64,000 bases of DNA from Paracoccus sp. (in: a-proteobacteria). Its GTDB lineage: Bacteria > Pseudomonadota > Alphaproteobacteria > Rhodobacterales > Rhodobacteraceae. Position numbers and translations under genes: made by a program. The notes beneath the pieces are model-generated. The model did not search any database, was not told the origin of the DNA, and worked only from the letters and a program-made list of their open reading frames with translations. This document shows, in pieces, positions 23,836 to 36,311 of the stretch; within the stretch, counting starts at the first letter, position 1; every line of letters starts with the position of its first letter. Location: the NCBI RefSeq assembly GCF_030538495.1, contig NZ_JAUNTW010000008.1:82683-146682 (forward strand), read 5' to 3'.

Positions 23836-25857
23836 ATGGCCGAATTGCGGACAATCAAGATCGACGACATCGAAGTGCAGGTCGATCCCAACCTGACCTT
23901 GATTCAGGCTTGTGAACAGGCCGGGATCGAAATTCCGCGTTTCTGTTATCATGAACGGCTGTCGATTGCCGGCAACTGCCGCATGTGTCTGGTCGAAGTG
24001 GTGGGCGGCCCCCCGAAACCGGCGGCCAGTTGTGCGTTGCAGGTCAAGGACTTGCGCCCCGGCCCCGATGGTGCGCCGTCCGAAGTGCGCACGAACAGCC
24101 CCATGGTCCGCAAGGCCCGCGAAGGCGTGATGGAGTTTCTGCTGATCAACCATCCGCTGGACTGCCCGATCTGCGATCAGGGCGGCGAATGTGATTTGCA
24201 GGATCAGGCCGTCGCCTATGGCATTGATTTCAGCCGCTATCGCGAACCCAAACGCGCCGCCGAAGAACTGAACCTTGGCCCGCTGGTCGAAACGCATATG
24301 ACGCGCTGCATTTCCTGCACCCGCTGCGTTCGTTTCACCAGTGAGGTTGCTGGCATCACCCAGATGGGTCAGACGGGACGGGGTGAGGACAGCGAAATCA
24401 CCAGCTATCTGAACCAGACGCTGAACAGCAATTTGCAGGGCAATATCATCGACTTATGCCCGGTTGGTGCGTTGGTCAGCAAACCCTATGCCTTTACCGC
24501 GCGGCCGTGGGAATTGCGCAAAACGCAGTCGATTGACGTGATGGATGCGTTGGGTTCGAACATCCGCATCGACACCAAGGGCCGCGAAGTCATGCGCATC
24601 ATGCCGCGCAACCATGACGGCGTTAACGAAGAATGGATCAGCGATAAGTCGCGCTTTGTCTGGGACGGGCTGCGTCGTCAGCGTCTGGACCAGCCCTATA
24701 TCCGCGAAAACGGTCGCCTGCGCGCCGCCACCTGGCCCGAGGCACTGACCGCCGCCGCAACCGCGATGCAGGGAAAACGGGTCGCCGGTCTGATCGGCGA
24801 TCTGGTCCCGGTTGAGGCGGCTTTTAGCCTGAAACAACTGGTTGAGGGGCTGGGCGGCACGGTGGAATGTCGCGTTGACGGCGCGCGTTTGCCTGCTGGC
24901 AATCGCAGCGCTTATGTCGGCACCGCGCGCATCGAAGACATTGATAACGCTGAGATGATCCAGCTGATCGGCACCAACCCGCGCGACGAATCGCCGGTGC
25001 TGAACGCTCGTATCCGCAAGGCGTGGTCGCGTGGCGCGCAAATCGGGCTGGTGGGTCAGGCGGTCGATCTGACCTATGACTATCACCACGCGGGCGATGA
25101 TCGTGCCGCATTGGAAAACCTGTCATCGCTGAACATCACCGACGCGACGCGCGACAAACGCACCGTTGTGATCGTGGGGCAGGGCGCGATTCGCGAAGCG
25201 GATGGTGCCGCCGTTCTGGCCCATGCGATGAAGCTGGCCGAAAACAGCAATTCCAAACTGCTGATCCTGCACACCGCCGCTGCCCGCGTGGGTGCTATGG
25301 ACATTGGCGCCGTGACCGAAGGCGGTCTGACGGCGGCTGTGGACGGGGCCGAGGTGATCTTTAACCTTGGCGCGGATGAGGTAGACATCGCCCCCGGCGC
25401 CTTCGTGATTTATCAGGGCAGCCATGGTGATCGCGGCGCGCATCGCGCCGATGTTATCCTGCCATCCGCTTGTTATACCGAAGAAAACGGCCTGTTCGTC
25501 AACACCGAAGGACGCCCGCAATTGGCCATGCGTGCCAATTTCGCCCCCGGTCAGGCTAAAGAAAACTGGGCGATCCTGCGCGCTTTGTCGGCGGAATTGG
25601 GGCAGACGCTGCCATGGGACAATCTGGCCACGCTGCGCCGCGCTCTGGTCGATGCCGTGCCGCATCTGGGCCGCGTCGATCAGGTGCCGGAAAACGAATG
25701 GCGGCCCTTGCCGGCCGAGGCTATGGGCAAAGCAACCTTCGTTAACGCGGTGAAGGATTTCTATCTGACCAACCCGATTGCGCGCTGTTCGCCCCTGATG
25801 GGGGAATTGTCGCGCATGGCGACGGCGCGCGTCGCCGACAGCATCGCGGCGGAGTAA
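23836..25857 (+). CDS. nuoG: NADH-quinone oxidoreductase subunit G
   Basis: N-terminal 2Fe-2S ([19 protein letters not shown]), 4Fe-4[15 protein letters not shown] and [10 protein letters not shown] motifs. Confidence 0.95.
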   Translation: MAELRTIKIDDIEVQVDPNLTLIQACEQAGIEIPRFCYHERLSIAGNCRMCLVEVVGGPPKPAASCALQVKDLRPGPDGAPSEVRTNSPMVRKAREGVMEFLLINHPLDCPICDQGGECDLQDQAVAYGIDFSRYREPKRAAEELNLGPLVETHMTRCISCTRCVRFTSEVAGITQMGQTGRGEDSEITSYLNQTLNSNLQGNIIDLCPVGALVSKPYAFTARPWELRKTQSIDVMDALGSNIRIDTKGREVMRIMPRNHDGVNEEWISDKSRFVWDGLRRQRLDQPYIRENGRLRAATWPEALTAAATAMQGKRVAGLIGDLVPVEAAFSLKQLVEGLGGTVECRVDGARLPAGNRSAYVGTARIEDIDNAEMIQLIGTNPRDESPVLNARIRKAWSRGAQIGLVGQAVDLTYDYHHAGDDRAALENLSSLNITDATRDKRTVVIVGQGAIREADGAAVLAHAMKLAENSNSKLLILHTAAARVGAMDIGAVTEGGLTAAVDGAEVIFNLGADEVDIAPGAFVIYQGSHGDRGAHRADVILPSACYTEENGLFVNTEGRPQLAMRANFAPGQAKENWAILRALSAELGQTLPWDNLATLRRALVDAVPHLGRVDQVPENEWRPLPAEAMGKATFVNAVKDFYLTNPIARCSPLMGELSRMATARVADSIAAE

Positions 25858-25862
25858 CCAAG

Positions 25863-26630
25863 ATGCAGCCAGCCAAACGCCAGCCCATCCACCTGATCGT
25901 CGCCATGATGTGCGCGGCGTTGCTGGCAGGTTGTGCGGCTGGCAAGGATCAGGGCCGCCCCCCCGCCAAACCGGACGAAGTGACGGCGCGCATGTCCTTG
26001 GTGGCCCATACGGGCGAGGTGCGCGATCTGGATCCGGCGCGGATTTCGACCCGTTCCGGCACCATTCAGATTCTGGAAGCCGACGGCAGTGTCACGGAAA
26101 TGACGCTGGATGACGGCGCGTTCAGCGATCCGTTTCTGGTAACAGAATCGCAATTGGCGGCGTTGAATCAGAATCTGACGCTGGATTTCTCGCGGACCGC
26201 TGCGGCCAATTTGCCACGCGCCAAATCCGCACAGGAACAGGCGATCGAAGACTTCGCGGCCCGCACCCAACCGGCTTTGCCTGTCTGGCGTGGTGATAAA
26301 CCGGCTGACGCTGACGATTTTATCGCCGTTCGTGTCGATGTTCTGGGCGATGGCCCACGCCGCGATCTGGTCGAGGTGACGGCCAATTTGCGGCAGGGGG
26401 TGGACGCCGATATTGCGTTTTCGTATGCCACCTGCGCATTGGCTGCGTGGGCGGATTCGAATGGAACAGGTTACGGGCGTCACGTCCGCACCTTGCAGGC
26501 CAAACGCAACGGCAAGCTGCTGATCGGTGCTGCGTTTACAATGTCGGACCAACGGCCTTTGGGGCTGCGGGTCATGGAAACGAAAGAAACCTTGCGCGAA
26601 TGCAAGGCACGCGGCATTCCCGCGGCGTAA
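25863..26630 (+). CDS. Lipoprotein URF between nuoG and nuoH
   Basis: LLAGCAAG lipobox after a signal peptide. No recognisable domain. Confidence 0.6.
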   Translation: MQPAKRQPIHLIVAMMCAALLAGCAAGKDQGRPPAKPDEVTARMSLVAHTGEVRDLDPARISTRSGTIQILEADGSVTEMTLDDGAFSDPFLVTESQLAALNQNLTLDFSRTAAANLPRAKSAQEQAIEDFAARTQPALPVWRGDKPADADDFIAVRVDVLGDGPRRDLVEVTANLRQGVDADIAFSYATCALAAWADSNGTGYGRHVRTLQAKRNGKLLIGAAFTMSDQRPLGLRVMETKETLRECKARGIPAA

Positions 26631-26647
26631 GAAGGGGACAGGGGATC

Positions 26648-27679
26648 ATGGCTGATTTTTGGGCATCTTCCTTAGGGATCGCGGTTATCCTGCTGGCGCA
26701 GGGTCTGGCGGTGATTGCCTTTGTGATGATCTCGCTGATCTTTTTGGTCTATGGCGACCGGAAAATCTGGGCGGCGGTGCAAATGCGGCGCGGCCCGAAC
26801 GTGGTTGGACCGTGGGGTTTGCTGCAAACCTTTGCCGACGCATTGAAATTTGTGGTTAAAGAAATCGTCGTTCCGGCGGGTTCCGACAAATTCGTGTTCT
26901 TTCTGGCGCCGTTTTTGTCGATGACGTTGGCGCTCTTGGCCTTCGTCGCGATTCCCTTTGCGCCGGGCTGGGTGATGGCCGACATCAATGTCGGCATCCT
27001 GTTCATTTTCGCCGTGTCCAGCCTTGAGGTTTATGGCGTCATCATGGGCGGCTGGGCGTCGAACTCGAAATATCCGTTCCTTGGATCGCTGCGGTCGGCG
27101 GCCCAGATGATTTCGTATGAAGTCTCGATGGGCCTGATCATCATCGGCATCATCATCTCGGCCGGTTCGATGAACCTGACCGCCATCGTCGAGGCGCAGC
27201 GCGGCGCCGGTCTGTTGTCGTGGTTCTGGCTGGCGCATCTGCCGATGCTGGTGCTGTTCTTTGTGTCGGCTCTGGCCGAAACGAACCGCCCGCCGTTCGA
27301 TCTGCCCGAGGCAGAATCGGAACTGGTCGCGGGCTTTATGGTCGAATATTCGTCCACGCCTTACCTGCTGTTTATGGCAGGGGAATATATCGCCATCTGG
27401 TTGATGTGCGCGTTGATTTCGCTGCTGTTTTTCGGTGGTTGGCTGTCGCCGATCCCCGGCCTGCCCGATGGCGCGCTGTGGATGTTCATCAAAATGGTGT
27501 TCTGGTTCTTCATGTTCGCCATGGTGAAAGCCATCGTTCCGCGCTATCGCTATGACCAGTTGATGCGCATCGGTTGGAAGGTGTTCTTGCCGCTGTCGCT
27601 GGGCTGGGTTGTGATCGTGGCCTTTCTTGCGAAATTCCAGGTGTTCGGGACGTTCTGGGCCCGTTGGGCGGGGGTGTAA
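26648..27679 (+). CDS. nuoH: NADH-quinone oxidoreductase subunit H
   Basis: [21 protein letters not shown] and eight TM helices. The start was chosen at MADFWAS. Confidence 0.93.
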   Translation: MADFWASSLGIAVILLAQGLAVIAFVMISLIFLVYGDRKIWAAVQMRRGPNVVGPWGLLQTFADALKFVVKEIVVPAGSDKFVFFLAPFLSMTLALLAFVAIPFAPGWVMADINVGILFIFAVSSLEVYGVIMGGWASNSKYPFLGSLRSAAQMISYEVSMGLIIIGIIISAGSMNLTAIVEAQRGAGLLSWFWLAHLPMLVLFFVSALAETNRPPFDLPEAESELVAGFMVEYSSTPYLLFMAGEYIAIWLMCALISLLFFGGWLSPIPGLPDGALWMFIKMVFWFFMFAMVKAIVPRYRYDQLMRIGWKVFLPLSLGWVVIVAFLAKFQVFGTFWARWAGV

Positions 27680-27682
27680 TCC

Positions 27683-28174
27683 ATGGCATTTGATCTGATG
27701 CGCGCCACCAAATACTTTTTGATGGTGGACTTTATCAAAGGCTTTGGCGTGGGGATGAAGTATTTCTTTGCGCCGAAACCGACGATCAACTACCCCCACG
27801 AAAAGGGGCCGCTGTCGCCGCGTTTCCGGGGCGAACACGCGCTGCGCCGTTACCCGAATGGCGAAGAACGCTGTATCGCCTGCAAACTGTGCGAGGCGAT
27901 TTGCCCCGCTCAGGCGATTACGATTGACGCGGAACCCCGCGCCGATGGCAGCCGCCGCACGACGCGTTATGACATCGACATGACCAAATGCATCTATTGC
28001 GGATTCTGCCAAGAGGCATGTCCGGTCGATGCCATCGTCGAAGGTCCGAATTTCGAATTCGCCACCGAAATGCGCGAAGAACTGTTTTATAACAAACAGA
28101 AACTCTTGGATAACGGCGCCCGGTGGGAGGCGCAGATCGCCCGTAACCTTGCTATGGATGCGCCCTACCGATGA
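27683..28174 (+). CDS. nuoI: NADH-quinone oxidoreductase subunit I
   Basis: Two CxxCxxCxxxCP ferredoxin motifs. Confidence 0.95.
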   Translation: MAFDLMRATKYFLMVDFIKGFGVGMKYFFAPKPTINYPHEKGPLSPRFRGEHALRRYPNGEERCIACKLCEAICPAQAITIDAEPRADGSRRTTRYDIDMTKCIYCGFCQEACPVDAIVEGPNFEFATEMREELFYNKQKLLDNGARWEAQIARNLAMDAPYR

Positions 28175-28584
28175 ACGACGCTTTCCAGAAAATGTTTCAG
28201 CAGATGGTTGCCTCGGGTCAGGAAATGGCGCGGGCGTTCAACCCTGCGCTGGAACATTTCGACCCGCGCGCCTTTGAAAAGCTGATCCCCACCATGCCCG
28301 CCGACATGATGGAGATGTGGTTTGGCAAGACCTTTAACCGCGACGGTCTGGACGCTAAAACGCGTCTGCTGGTCACGATTGCCGCGATGACCGTGCAGGG
28401 GGCGCACGCCGAACCGCAATTGCGCATGGCCATTCGCCACGCGGTCGAGGCTGGGGCGAAACCGCGCGAAATCGCCGAAGTGATTTATCAAATGGGCATG
28501 TTTGGTGGCCTGCCGGCCATGCAAAAGGCGCTGGAAATTGCGCAAGGCGTCTTTACCGAAGCCGAGAGGAGCGAAACGGAATGA
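28171..28584 (+). CDS. Carboxymuconolactone decarboxylase (AhpD-like) family protein, nuo URF
   Basis: CMD-family core around [22 protein letters not shown]. It overlaps nuoI and nuoJ by 4 nt each. Confidence 0.7.
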   Translation: MNDAFQKMFQQMVASGQEMARAFNPALEHFDPRAFEKLIPTMPADMMEMWFGKTFNRDGLDAKTRLLVTIAAMTVQGAHAEPQLRMAIRHAVEAGAKPREIAEVIYQMGMFGGLPAMQKALEIAQGVFTEAERSETE

Positions 28585-29183
28585 TGACATTTGCCTTCTA
28601 CCTGTTCGCGATTTCGGTCTGCATTGCGGGCTTTATGGTCGTGTTGGCCCGCAACCCGGTGCATTCCGTGCTGTGGCTGATCCTGGCGTTTCTGTCGGCG
28701 GCGGGCCTCTTTGTGCTGCTGGGCGCGGAATTTGTCGCCATGTTGCTGGTCATCGTCTATGTCGGTGCCGTGGCGGTGCTGTTCCTGTTCGTTGTCATGA
28801 TGCTGGATGTCGATTTCGCCCAGCTCAAAGGCGAATTTGCCCAATATCTGCCACTGGCGGGCCTGATTGGTCTGGTGCTGCTGGCGCAGTTGGGCATTGC
28901 TTTTGGCGCGTGGCAATCGTCGGATCAATCCGCGACGCTGCGGGATCTGCCAATCGCGCATGAAGTGCTGAACACCCGTGCCATCGGCATGGTCATGTAT
29001 GACCGCTTTATCCTGCCGTTCCAGATTTCGGGCCTGATCCTGTTGGTCGCAATGATTGGCGCGATCACTCTGACCATGCGTCACCGCCGCGACATCAAAC
29101 GTCAGGATGTGATCGAACAGATGCACCGCGACCCGGCCAAAGCCATGCAGTTGCGCGATGTCAAACCGGGGCAGGGACTATGA
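28581..29183 (+). CDS. nuoJ: NADH-quinone oxidoreductase subunit J
   Basis: NuoJ TM-helix pattern (FAFYLFA...[17 protein letters not shown]). Confidence 0.92.
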   Translation: MMTFAFYLFAISVCIAGFMVVLARNPVHSVLWLILAFLSAAGLFVLLGAEFVAMLLVIVYVGAVAVLFLFVVMMLDVDFAQLKGEFAQYLPLAGLIGLVLLAQLGIAFGAWQSSDQSATLRDLPIAHEVLNTRAIGMVMYDRFILPFQISGLILLVAMIGAITLTMRHRRDIKRQDVIEQMHRDPAKAMQLRDVKPGQGL

Positions 29184-29251
29184 GCCGAACCGTTATCGTC
29201 GTTGTTGTTGTGATCGTTGTGCTGGTCGTCGGATTTAGCGGCTTCAGATAA
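29180..29251 (+). CDS. Putative 23-aa hydrophobic micro-ORF ([23 protein letters not shown]) overlapping the nuoJ stop
   Basis: ATGA overlap with the nuoJ stop. It is too short for the ORF track and is built from a (GTY)n simple-sequence tract. It could equally be non-coding. Confidence 0.3.
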   Translation: MSRTVIVVVVVIVVLVVGFSGFR

Positions 29252-29590
<339 letters not shown>

Positions 29591-29596
29591 TCCGGT

Positions 29597-31705
29597 ATGG
29601 CGCAATTTATCCTGTTTGCCCCGCTGCTGGGCGCCCTGATCGCCGGTTTCTGCTGGCGGCTGATTGGTGAACGCAGCGCGCAGTTGCTGACGACCGGCAT
29701 TTTGTTTGCCGCCGCCGCCGCCAGCTGGGTCCTGTTCCTGACCTTTGATGGTGAGGTGCGTCACCTGCCGGTGATGGATTGGGTTGTGTCGGGCGATTTT
29801 AGCTCGGCTTGGGCGATCCGTCTGGACCGCTTGACCGCGATTATGCTGATCGTCGTGACCTCGGTGTCGGCCTTGGTCCATTTGTATAGCTTTGGCTATA
29901 TGGCGCATGACGAAAATTTCAGCGATGCTGAACCCTATCGCGCGCGTTTCTTTGCCTATCTGTCGTTCTTCACCTTTGCCATGCTGATGCTGGTGACGGC
30001 GGATAACCTGTTGCAGATGTTCTTTGGTTGGGAAGGCGTGGGCGTTGCGTCCTATCTGCTGATCGGTTTTTACTTTAAGAAACAATCGGCTGGCGCTGCG
30101 GCGATGAAGGCGTTCATCGTGAACCGCGTCGGCGATTTCGGTTTCCTGCTGGGGATTTTTGGCATCTGGTGGCTGACCGGCAGCATCCAGTTTGATGATA
30201 TTTTCGCGCAAGTGCCGATGCTGGCCGCGACCGATATTCGGTTCCTGTGGGCCGATTGGAATGCCGCGAACCTGCTGGCCTTCCTGCTGTTTGTCGGCGC
30301 GATGGGCAAATCGGCGCAGCTGTTCCTGCATACCTGGCTGCCCGACGCGATGGAGGGGCCGACCCCCGTTTCGGCCCTGATCCACGCCGCGACCATGGTG
30401 ACCGCCGGTGTGTTTCTGGTCTGCCGCATGTCGCCTCTGTATGAATTCGCGCCCGAGGCCAAGAATTTCATCGTGATCATCGGCGCTTCGACCGCGTTTT
30501 TCGCGGCGACGGTGGGGCTGGTGCAGAACGATATTAAACGCGTGATCGCCTATTCGACCTGTTCGCAGCTGGGCTATATGTTCGTGGCGGCGGGCGTGGG
30601 CGTCTATTCGGTCGCAATGTTCCACCTGTTTACGCATGCTTTCTTCAAGGCGATGCTGTTCCTTGGCGCGGGCTCGGTAATCCACGCGATGCATCATGAA
30701 CAGGATTTGCGGAATTATGGTGGGCTGCGCAAAAAAATCCCGCTGACCTTTTATGCGATGCTGATCGGCACGCTGGCCATTACCGGGGTCGGTATCCCTC
30801 TGACGCATATCGGTTTTGCCGGCTACCTGTCCAAAGACGCCGTGATCGAAAGCGCCTTTGCGTCGGGGAATGGTTATGCCTTCTGGCTTCTGGTGGTGGC
30901 CGCGCTGATGACCAGCTTCTATTCGTGGCGGCTGATGTTCATGACGTTCTGGGGCAAACCGCGCGGCGATCATCATGCGCATGATCACGCCCATGAAAGC
31001 CCGTCGGTGATGACCATTCCGCTGGTCGTGCTGGCCGTCGGGTCGATTTTCGCCGGGATGGTCTGGTATAACAGCTTCTTTGGCAAAGATGACAGCGTGC
31101 GCGGTTTCTTTGGGATGCCGGTGATTTCGGCGTCGCATGATGAACCGACGACGGCTCTTGATGGTGCTGTGGCCGAGGCGCCGCAGGCCGAACCCCAGGG
31201 TGAGGCATTGCACAGCGCCGCCGGTGCCGCACAGGATCCGGCCCAGATCACCGTGACGCCGGGCGCGATTTACATGCACCCCGACAACCATGTGATGCAT
31301 GACGCGCATTATGTCCCGACCTGGGTCAAATTGTCGCCGTTCATTGCGATGCTGATTGGTCTGGGTCTGGCATGGCTGATGTATATCCGCCACCCCGAGG
31401 CTCCGGCGAAACTGGCCGCACAACAGCCGGTTCTGTATAATTTCCTGCTGAATAAATGGTATTTCGATCAGGTTTACGACGTCCTGTTCGTCCGCCCGGC
31501 GCGTTGGATTGGCGCGCGGCTGTGGACGGCTGGCGACGGAGCGGTTATCGACGGTGCCATTAACGGGGTTGCCTTGGGAATCATCCCGCGCCTGACCCGG
31601 TTCGCCGGGCGGGTGCAGTCGGGCTATCTGTTCCATTACGCCTTTGCGATGGTTTTGGGCATCGTAGGCTTGCTGATTTGGGTGATGATGCGAGGCGCGC
31701 ACTGA
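29597..31705 (+). CDS. nuoL: NADH-quinone oxidoreductase subunit L
   Basis: 702 aa antiporter-like subunit with the MFFGWEGVG and [23 protein letters not shown] motifs. Confidence 0.93.
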   Translation: MAQFILFAPLLGALIAGFCWRLIGERSAQLLTTGILFAAAAASWVLFLTFDGEVRHLPVMDWVVSGDFSSAWAIRLDRLTAIMLIVVTSVSALVHLYSFGYMAHDENFSDAEPYRARFFAYLSFFTFAMLMLVTADNLLQMFFGWEGVGVASYLLIGFYFKKQSAGAAAMKAFIVNRVGDFGFLLGIFGIWWLTGSIQFDDIFAQVPMLAATDIRFLWADWNAANLLAFLLFVGAMGKSAQLFLHTWLPDAMEGPTPVSALIHAATMVTAGVFLVCRMSPLYEFAPEAKNFIVIIGASTAFFAATVGLVQNDIKRVIAYSTCSQLGYMFVAAGVGVYSVAMFHLFTHAFFKAMLFLGAGSVIHAMHHEQDLRNYGGLRKKIPLTFYAMLIGTLAITGVGIPLTHIGFAGYLSKDAVIESAFASGNGYAFWLLVVAALMTSFYSWRLMFMTFWGKPRGDHHAHDHAHESPSVMTIPLVVLAVGSIFAGMVWYNSFFGKDDSVRGFFGMPVISASHDEPTTALDGAVAEAPQAEPQGEALHSAAGAAQDPAQITVTPGAIYMHPDNHVMHDAHYVPTWVKLSPFIAMLIGLGLAWLMYIRHPEAPAKLAAQQPVLYNFLLNKWYFDQVYDVLFVRPARWIGARLWTAGDGAVIDGAINGVALGIIPRLTRFAGRVQSGYLFHYAFAMVLGIVGLLIWVMMRGAH

Positions 31706-31706
31706 T

Positions 31707-33251
31707 ATGACGAACCTTCTTTCTATCATCACCTTCCTGCCGATTGTTGCGGCGGCGATTCTGGCGGTTGGCCTGCGTGGCGACGATGAGGCGGCGCAGC
31801 GCAATGCGAAATATGTCGCGCTGTTTGCGACCACGGCCACGTTCCTGATTTCGCTGGCGGTTTTGTTCGGCTTTGATCCGTCGAACACCGGTTTCCAATT
31901 CGTCGAAGATCGCGAATGGATCATGGGCCTGCGCTATAAGATGGGCGTGGACGGGATTTCGGTCCTGTTCGTCATGCTGACCACCTTCCTGATGCCGCTG
32001 ACGATCCTGTCCTGCTGGGATGTGAAAACGCGGGTCAAGGAATACATGATCGCCTTTCTGGTGCTGGAAGGGCTGATGATCGGCGTGTTCACCGCGCTTG
32101 ACCTGATCCTGTTCTATCTGTTCTTCGAAGCGGGCCTGATCCCCATGTTCCTGATTATCGGGATTTGGGGTGGCCAGAACCGGATTTACGCCGCGTTCAA
32201 GTTCTTTCTCTATACCTTCATCGGTTCGGTGCTGATGCTGGTGGCGATGATCGCCATGGCGATGACCGCCGGGACGACCGATATCGCGCAGTTGCTGACC
32301 TTTGATTTCCCGTCGGAAACCATGCGCGTGCTGGGCTTTACCGTTGTTGGCGGGATGCAGACGCTGCTGTTCCTGGCGTTCTTTGCCAGCTTTGCGGTGA
32401 AAATGCCGATGTGGCCGGTGCATACATGGTTGCCCGACGCGCATGTTCAGGCGCCGACCGCGGGTTCGGTCGTGCTGGCCGCCGTGCTGCTGAAAATGGG
32501 TGGCTATGGCTTCCTGCGTTTTTCGATGCCGATGTTCCCGGTCGCTGCGGATCTGCTGCAACCGCTGGTGCTGTGGCTGTCGGCTATTGCGATTGTCTAC
32601 ACCTCGCTGGTGGCTTTGGCCCAAAGCGATATGAAGAAACTGATCGCCTATTCCTCCGTCGCGCATATGGGTTATGTCACGATGGGGATTTTCGCCGCGA
32701 ACCAGCAGGGGATCGACGGTGCGATTTTCCAGATGCTGTCGCATGGCTTTATCTCGGGCGCGCTGTTCCTGTGTGTGGGCGTGATTTACGACCGGATGCA
32801 CACGCGCGAAATCGACGCCTATGGCGGCTTGGTCAACCGGATGCCGGTTTACGCTTTGGTGTTCATGTTCTTTACCATGGCTAATGTCGGCCTGCCGGGA
32901 ACTTCGGGTTTTGTGGGTGAGTTTCTGACCCTCTTGGGCGCGTTCCGGGCGAATACCTGGGTGGCCTTTGTCGCGGCAACCGGGGTGATCCTGTCGGCGG
33001 GCTATGCGCTGTGGCTGTATCGCCGCGTCACCATGGGCGCGCTGATTAAGGAAAGCCTGAAAACCATCACCGACATGACCCCGCGTGAGCGTTGGATTTT
33101 CGCCCCGCTGATCGCCATGACGTTGATTTTGGGTGTTTATCCGCGCCTTGTGACCGACATCACCGGACCGGCGGTTGAATCGCTGCTGGTGAATTTCCAC
33201 GCATCACTGCCGGTCGAGACCGGCGGCGATATGGCAACCGCCAGCCAATAA
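31707..33251 (+). CDS. nuoM: NADH-quinone oxidoreductase subunit M
   Basis: Antiporter-like. [12 protein letters not shown] motif. Confidence 0.93.
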   Translation: MTNLLSIITFLPIVAAAILAVGLRGDDEAAQRNAKYVALFATTATFLISLAVLFGFDPSNTGFQFVEDREWIMGLRYKMGVDGISVLFVMLTTFLMPLTILSCWDVKTRVKEYMIAFLVLEGLMIGVFTALDLILFYLFFEAGLIPMFLIIGIWGGQNRIYAAFKFFLYTFIGSVLMLVAMIAMAMTAGTTDIAQLLTFDFPSETMRVLGFTVVGGMQTLLFLAFFASFAVKMPMWPVHTWLPDAHVQAPTAGSVVLAAVLLKMGGYGFLRFSMPMFPVAADLLQPLVLWLSAIAIVYTSLVALAQSDMKKLIAYSSVAHMGYVTMGIFAANQQGIDGAIFQMLSHGFISGALFLCVGVIYDRMHTREIDAYGGLVNRMPVYALVFMFFTMANVGLPGTSGFVGEFLTLLGAFRANTWVAFVAATGVILSAGYALWLYRRVTMGALIKESLKTITDMTPRERWIFAPLIAMTLILGVYPRLVTDITGPAVESLLVNFHASLPVETGGDMATASQ

Positions 33252-33261
33252 GGACTGCAAG

Positions 33262-34776
33262 ATGACCGCGATGAATTTTTCGACCATTTTGCCTGAATTC
33301 TGGCTGGCTGTGTATGCCTTGGCCGCTCTGATGGCGGGGGCGTTTTTTGGCAAGGATGCGATTGCCAAGCTGATCCTGTGGGCCAGTGTTGCCGCCTTGC
33401 TGGTGGCTGGGCTGGCGGTTGGGCTGGACAACGGCCCGGCGCAAACTGCGTTTTTCGGGATGATTACCGATGATGCCTTTGGCCGCTTTGCCAAGGTCAC
33501 GGTCCTGTTGTCCGGCGCCGCCGTTCTGGCGATGAGCGCGGATTACATGGACCGTCAGCGCATGATGCGGTTTGAATATCCGATCCTGATTGTGCTGGCG
33601 ACCGTTGGTATGATGCTGATGGTATCGGCGGGCGACCTGCTGACGCTGTATATGGGGTTGGAACTGCAATCGCTGTCGCTCTATGTCGTGGCCGCGATGC
33701 GCCGCGAAAGCGTCAAATCGTCCGAGGCGGGCCTGAAATATTTCGTTCTTGGCGCGCTGTCGTCGGGTCTGTTGCTCTATGGTGCCTCGCTGGTTTACGG
33801 CTTTGCGGGGACGACGCAATTTGCCGGGATTATTCAGACGGTGATCGCGGGCAACCTGCCGATCGGCCTGCTGTTCGGTCTGGTGTTCCTGCTGGTTGGT
33901 CTGGCCTTCAAAGTGTCGGCGGTGCCGTTCCATATGTGGACGCCGGATGTTTACGAAGGCTCGCCCACGCCGGTGACCGCGTTTTTCGCGACCGCGCCCA
34001 AGGTGGCGGCCATGGCGCTGATCGCGCGGCTGATGTTTGACGCCTTCGGCAATGTCACCGGTGACTGGACCCAGATCATCGCGGCGCTTGCGGTGATGTC
34101 GATGTTCCTTGGCGCGATTGCCGGGGTGGGGCAGACGAATATCAAACGTCTGATGGCCTATTCATCGATCGCGCATATGGGCTTTGCTTTGGTTGGTCTG
34201 GCGGCTGGCACGGCTTTGGGTGTTCAGGCGATGCTGATTTATATGGCGATTTACGCCGTGATGAATGTCGGGGCCTTTGCCTTTATTCTGTCGCTGGAAC
34301 GTGACGGGCAGCCGGTGACCGAAATTGCGGCGCTGAACCAGTTCTGGCGCGTTGACCCGCTGAAGGCGGTTGCCGTGCTGGTCCTGATGTTCAGCTTGGC
34401 CGGTGTGCCGCCGCTGCTGGGGTTCTTTGCCAAGCTGTCCGTGCTGACGGCTGCGGTTGATGCCGGGATGGCGTGGCTGGCGGTTGCGGGTGTGATCGCG
34501 TCGGTGATTGGCGCGTTTTATTACCTGCGCATCGTTTACTATGTCTATTTCGGGGCGGAAACGGACCCGGTGACCAGCCGTATGGGGCCGGTGCAGATGG
34601 TGGCGATGCTGGGGTCGGTGCTGATCATCGTGCTGGGCGCGGTGTCGATGCTGGGCGTGGATCGTGCGGCAGGGCGCGCGGCGGAATCGCTGGTTGCTGT
34701 GCCGGTGATTACGGCGCAGCCGGGCGGCGCGATTGTCCCCGCTGCCACCCTGACCGAGCCGGTCCCGAGTGAGTAA
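33262..34776 (+). CDS. nuoN: NADH-quinone oxidoreductase subunit N
   Basis: Antiporter-like. [18 protein letters not shown] motif. Confidence 0.92.
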   Translation: MTAMNFSTILPEFWLAVYALAALMAGAFFGKDAIAKLILWASVAALLVAGLAVGLDNGPAQTAFFGMITDDAFGRFAKVTVLLSGAAVLAMSADYMDRQRMMRFEYPILIVLATVGMMLMVSAGDLLTLYMGLELQSLSLYVVAAMRRESVKSSEAGLKYFVLGALSSGLLLYGASLVYGFAGTTQFAGIIQTVIAGNLPIGLLFGLVFLLVGLAFKVSAVPFHMWTPDVYEGSPTPVTAFFATAPKVAAMALIARLMFDAFGNVTGDWTQIIAALAVMSMFLGAIAGVGQTNIKRLMAYSSIAHMGFALVGLAAGTALGVQAMLIYMAIYAVMNVGAFAFILSLERDGQPVTEIAALNQFWRVDPLKAVAVLVLMFSLAGVPPLLGFFAKLSVLTAAVDAGMAWLAVAGVIASVIGAFYYLRIVYYVYFGAETDPVTSRMGPVQMVAMLGSVLIIVLGAVSMLGVDRAAGRAAESLVAVPVITAQPGGAIVPAATLTEPVPSE

Positions 34777-35530
34777 TCCGCAGCCGTGGCCGGATGGTGT
34801 CGCGCGGCATGTTCTGGACCGCGTGGACAGCACCAATGCCGAGGCGATGCGTCTGGCCGGTTCCCTTTCGGGGCCGGCTTGGATCATGGCGCGGCGGCAG
34901 GAATCCGGGCGCGGCAGGCGTGGGCGGGTCTGGAGCGATCCGCCGGGGAACTTTGCCGCAACCCTGTTGATGCGTCCCGATGGCGGCGCGGCGGATGCGG
35001 CGCGGTATTCCTTTGTTGCGGCTCTGGCGGTTGATACGGCGCTGCGCCAGTTATGCGGGCCGCAGGTGAATCTGTCGCTGAAATGGCCCAATGATGTGCT
35101 GTTGAACGGCGGCAAATTGGCGGGGATTCTGCTGGAAAGCGTGGGTGCGGGCGGATCGGTCAACGCGCTTGCCGTTGGGATTGGCGTGAACCTGACCCAC
35201 ACTCCCGACCATGTCGAATCTGGCGCGATGCGTCCGGTCAGCGTTCTGGGCGAAACCGGGCTGACCCTAACCGCGGATGAGCTGCTGGATGCCCTTGCCC
35301 CGGCCTTTGACCATTGGGCGCGGCAGATGCGGGATTATGGCTTTGGCCCGATCCGCCATGCATGGCTGGCGCGCGCGGCCAAGCTGGGCGAAACCATCAC
35401 GGCGCGCACCGGCACCACGGAAACGGTCGGGCGGTTTGATGGCATCGACGACACCGGCGCGTTGATGCTGACCACCCCGCGCGGTCCGCAGGCGATCCCT
35501 GCGGCCGATGTGTATTTCACCGGGGGCTGA
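34769..35530 (+). CDS. birA: Biotin--[acetyl-CoA-carboxylase] ligase (group I, without a DNA-binding domain)
   Basis: GTG start overlapping the nuoN stop. [18 protein letters not shown] matches the BirA GRGRRG.W biotin-binding loop. The conserved alphaproteobacterial position after nuoN fits. Confidence 0.85.
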   Translation: MSNPQPWPDGVARHVLDRVDSTNAEAMRLAGSLSGPAWIMARRQESGRGRRGRVWSDPPGNFAATLLMRPDGGAADAARYSFVAALAVDTALRQLCGPQVNLSLKWPNDVLLNGGKLAGILLESVGAGGSVNALAVGIGVNLTHTPDHVESGAMRPVSVLGETGLTLTADELLDALAPAFDHWARQMRDYGFGPIRHAWLARAAKLGETITARTGTTETVGRFDGIDDTGALMLTTPRGPQAIPAADVYFTGG

Positions 35531-35531
35531 T

Positions 35532-36311
35532 ATGTTACTGTGCATCGACACCGGCAACACGAATACGGTCTTTTCCATCTGGGACGGCACGCAATTTCTG
35601 TCGCATTGGCGGATCAGCACGGATCACCGGCGGACGGCGGATGAATATTTCGTCTGGCTGTCCACGCTGATTTCGGTGCGTAAATTCGACCTGAATATCG
35701 ACGCCTGCATTATCAGCGCGACCGCCCCGCGCGTGGTGTTTAACCTGCGTGTGCTGTGCAACCGGTATTTCGACATTCGCCCGCTGGTCGTGGGCAAACC
35801 CGAATGTTTGCTGCCCGCGCCGCCGCAGGTCGATCCGGGGACGAAGGTTGGTCCCGACCGTCTGGCCAATGCGGTTGCCGCCTTTGACCGGCACGGCGCC
35901 GACAGCGTGGTGGTGGATTTCGGCACCGCGACGAATTTTGACGTGGTGGGCGCGAATGGGGCCTATGTTGGCGGCGTGATTGCGCCCGGCGTGAACCTGT
36001 CGCTTGAGGCGTTGCACAGCGCCGCAGCCGCCTTGCCGCATGTCGATGTGACCATGCCCGACCGCGTGATCGGCACCAACACGATTGCCTGCATCCAGTC
36101 AGGGATTTACTGGGGCTATATCGGGTTGATCGAAGGGATCACCCGCCGCATTTGCGCCGAACGCGACAAACCAATGAAAATCATTGCAACCGGGGGGCTT
36201 GCCCCGTTGTTTGATCAGGGGTTTGATCTGTTCGACGCCATCGAAGACGACCTGACCGTTCACGGTCTGCGATTGATACATGATTACAACAAGGAGATGG
36301 GCAATGGCTGA
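35532..36311 (+). CDS. coaX: Type III pantothenate kinase
   Basis: LLCIDTGNTNT N-terminus (the CoaX/Bvg accessory factor motif) and GTAT..D. Confidence 0.9.
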   Translation: MLLCIDTGNTNTVFSIWDGTQFLSHWRISTDHRRTADEYFVWLSTLISVRKFDLNIDACIISATAPRVVFNLRVLCNRYFDIRPLVVGKPECLLPAPPQVDPGTKVGPDRLANAVAAFDRHGADSVVVDFGTATNFDVVGANGAYVGGVIAPGVNLSLEALHSAAAALPHVDVTMPDRVIGTNTIACIQSGIYWGYIGLIEGITRRICAERDKPMKIIATGGLAPLFDQGFDLFDAIEDDLTVHGLRLIHDYNKEMGNG

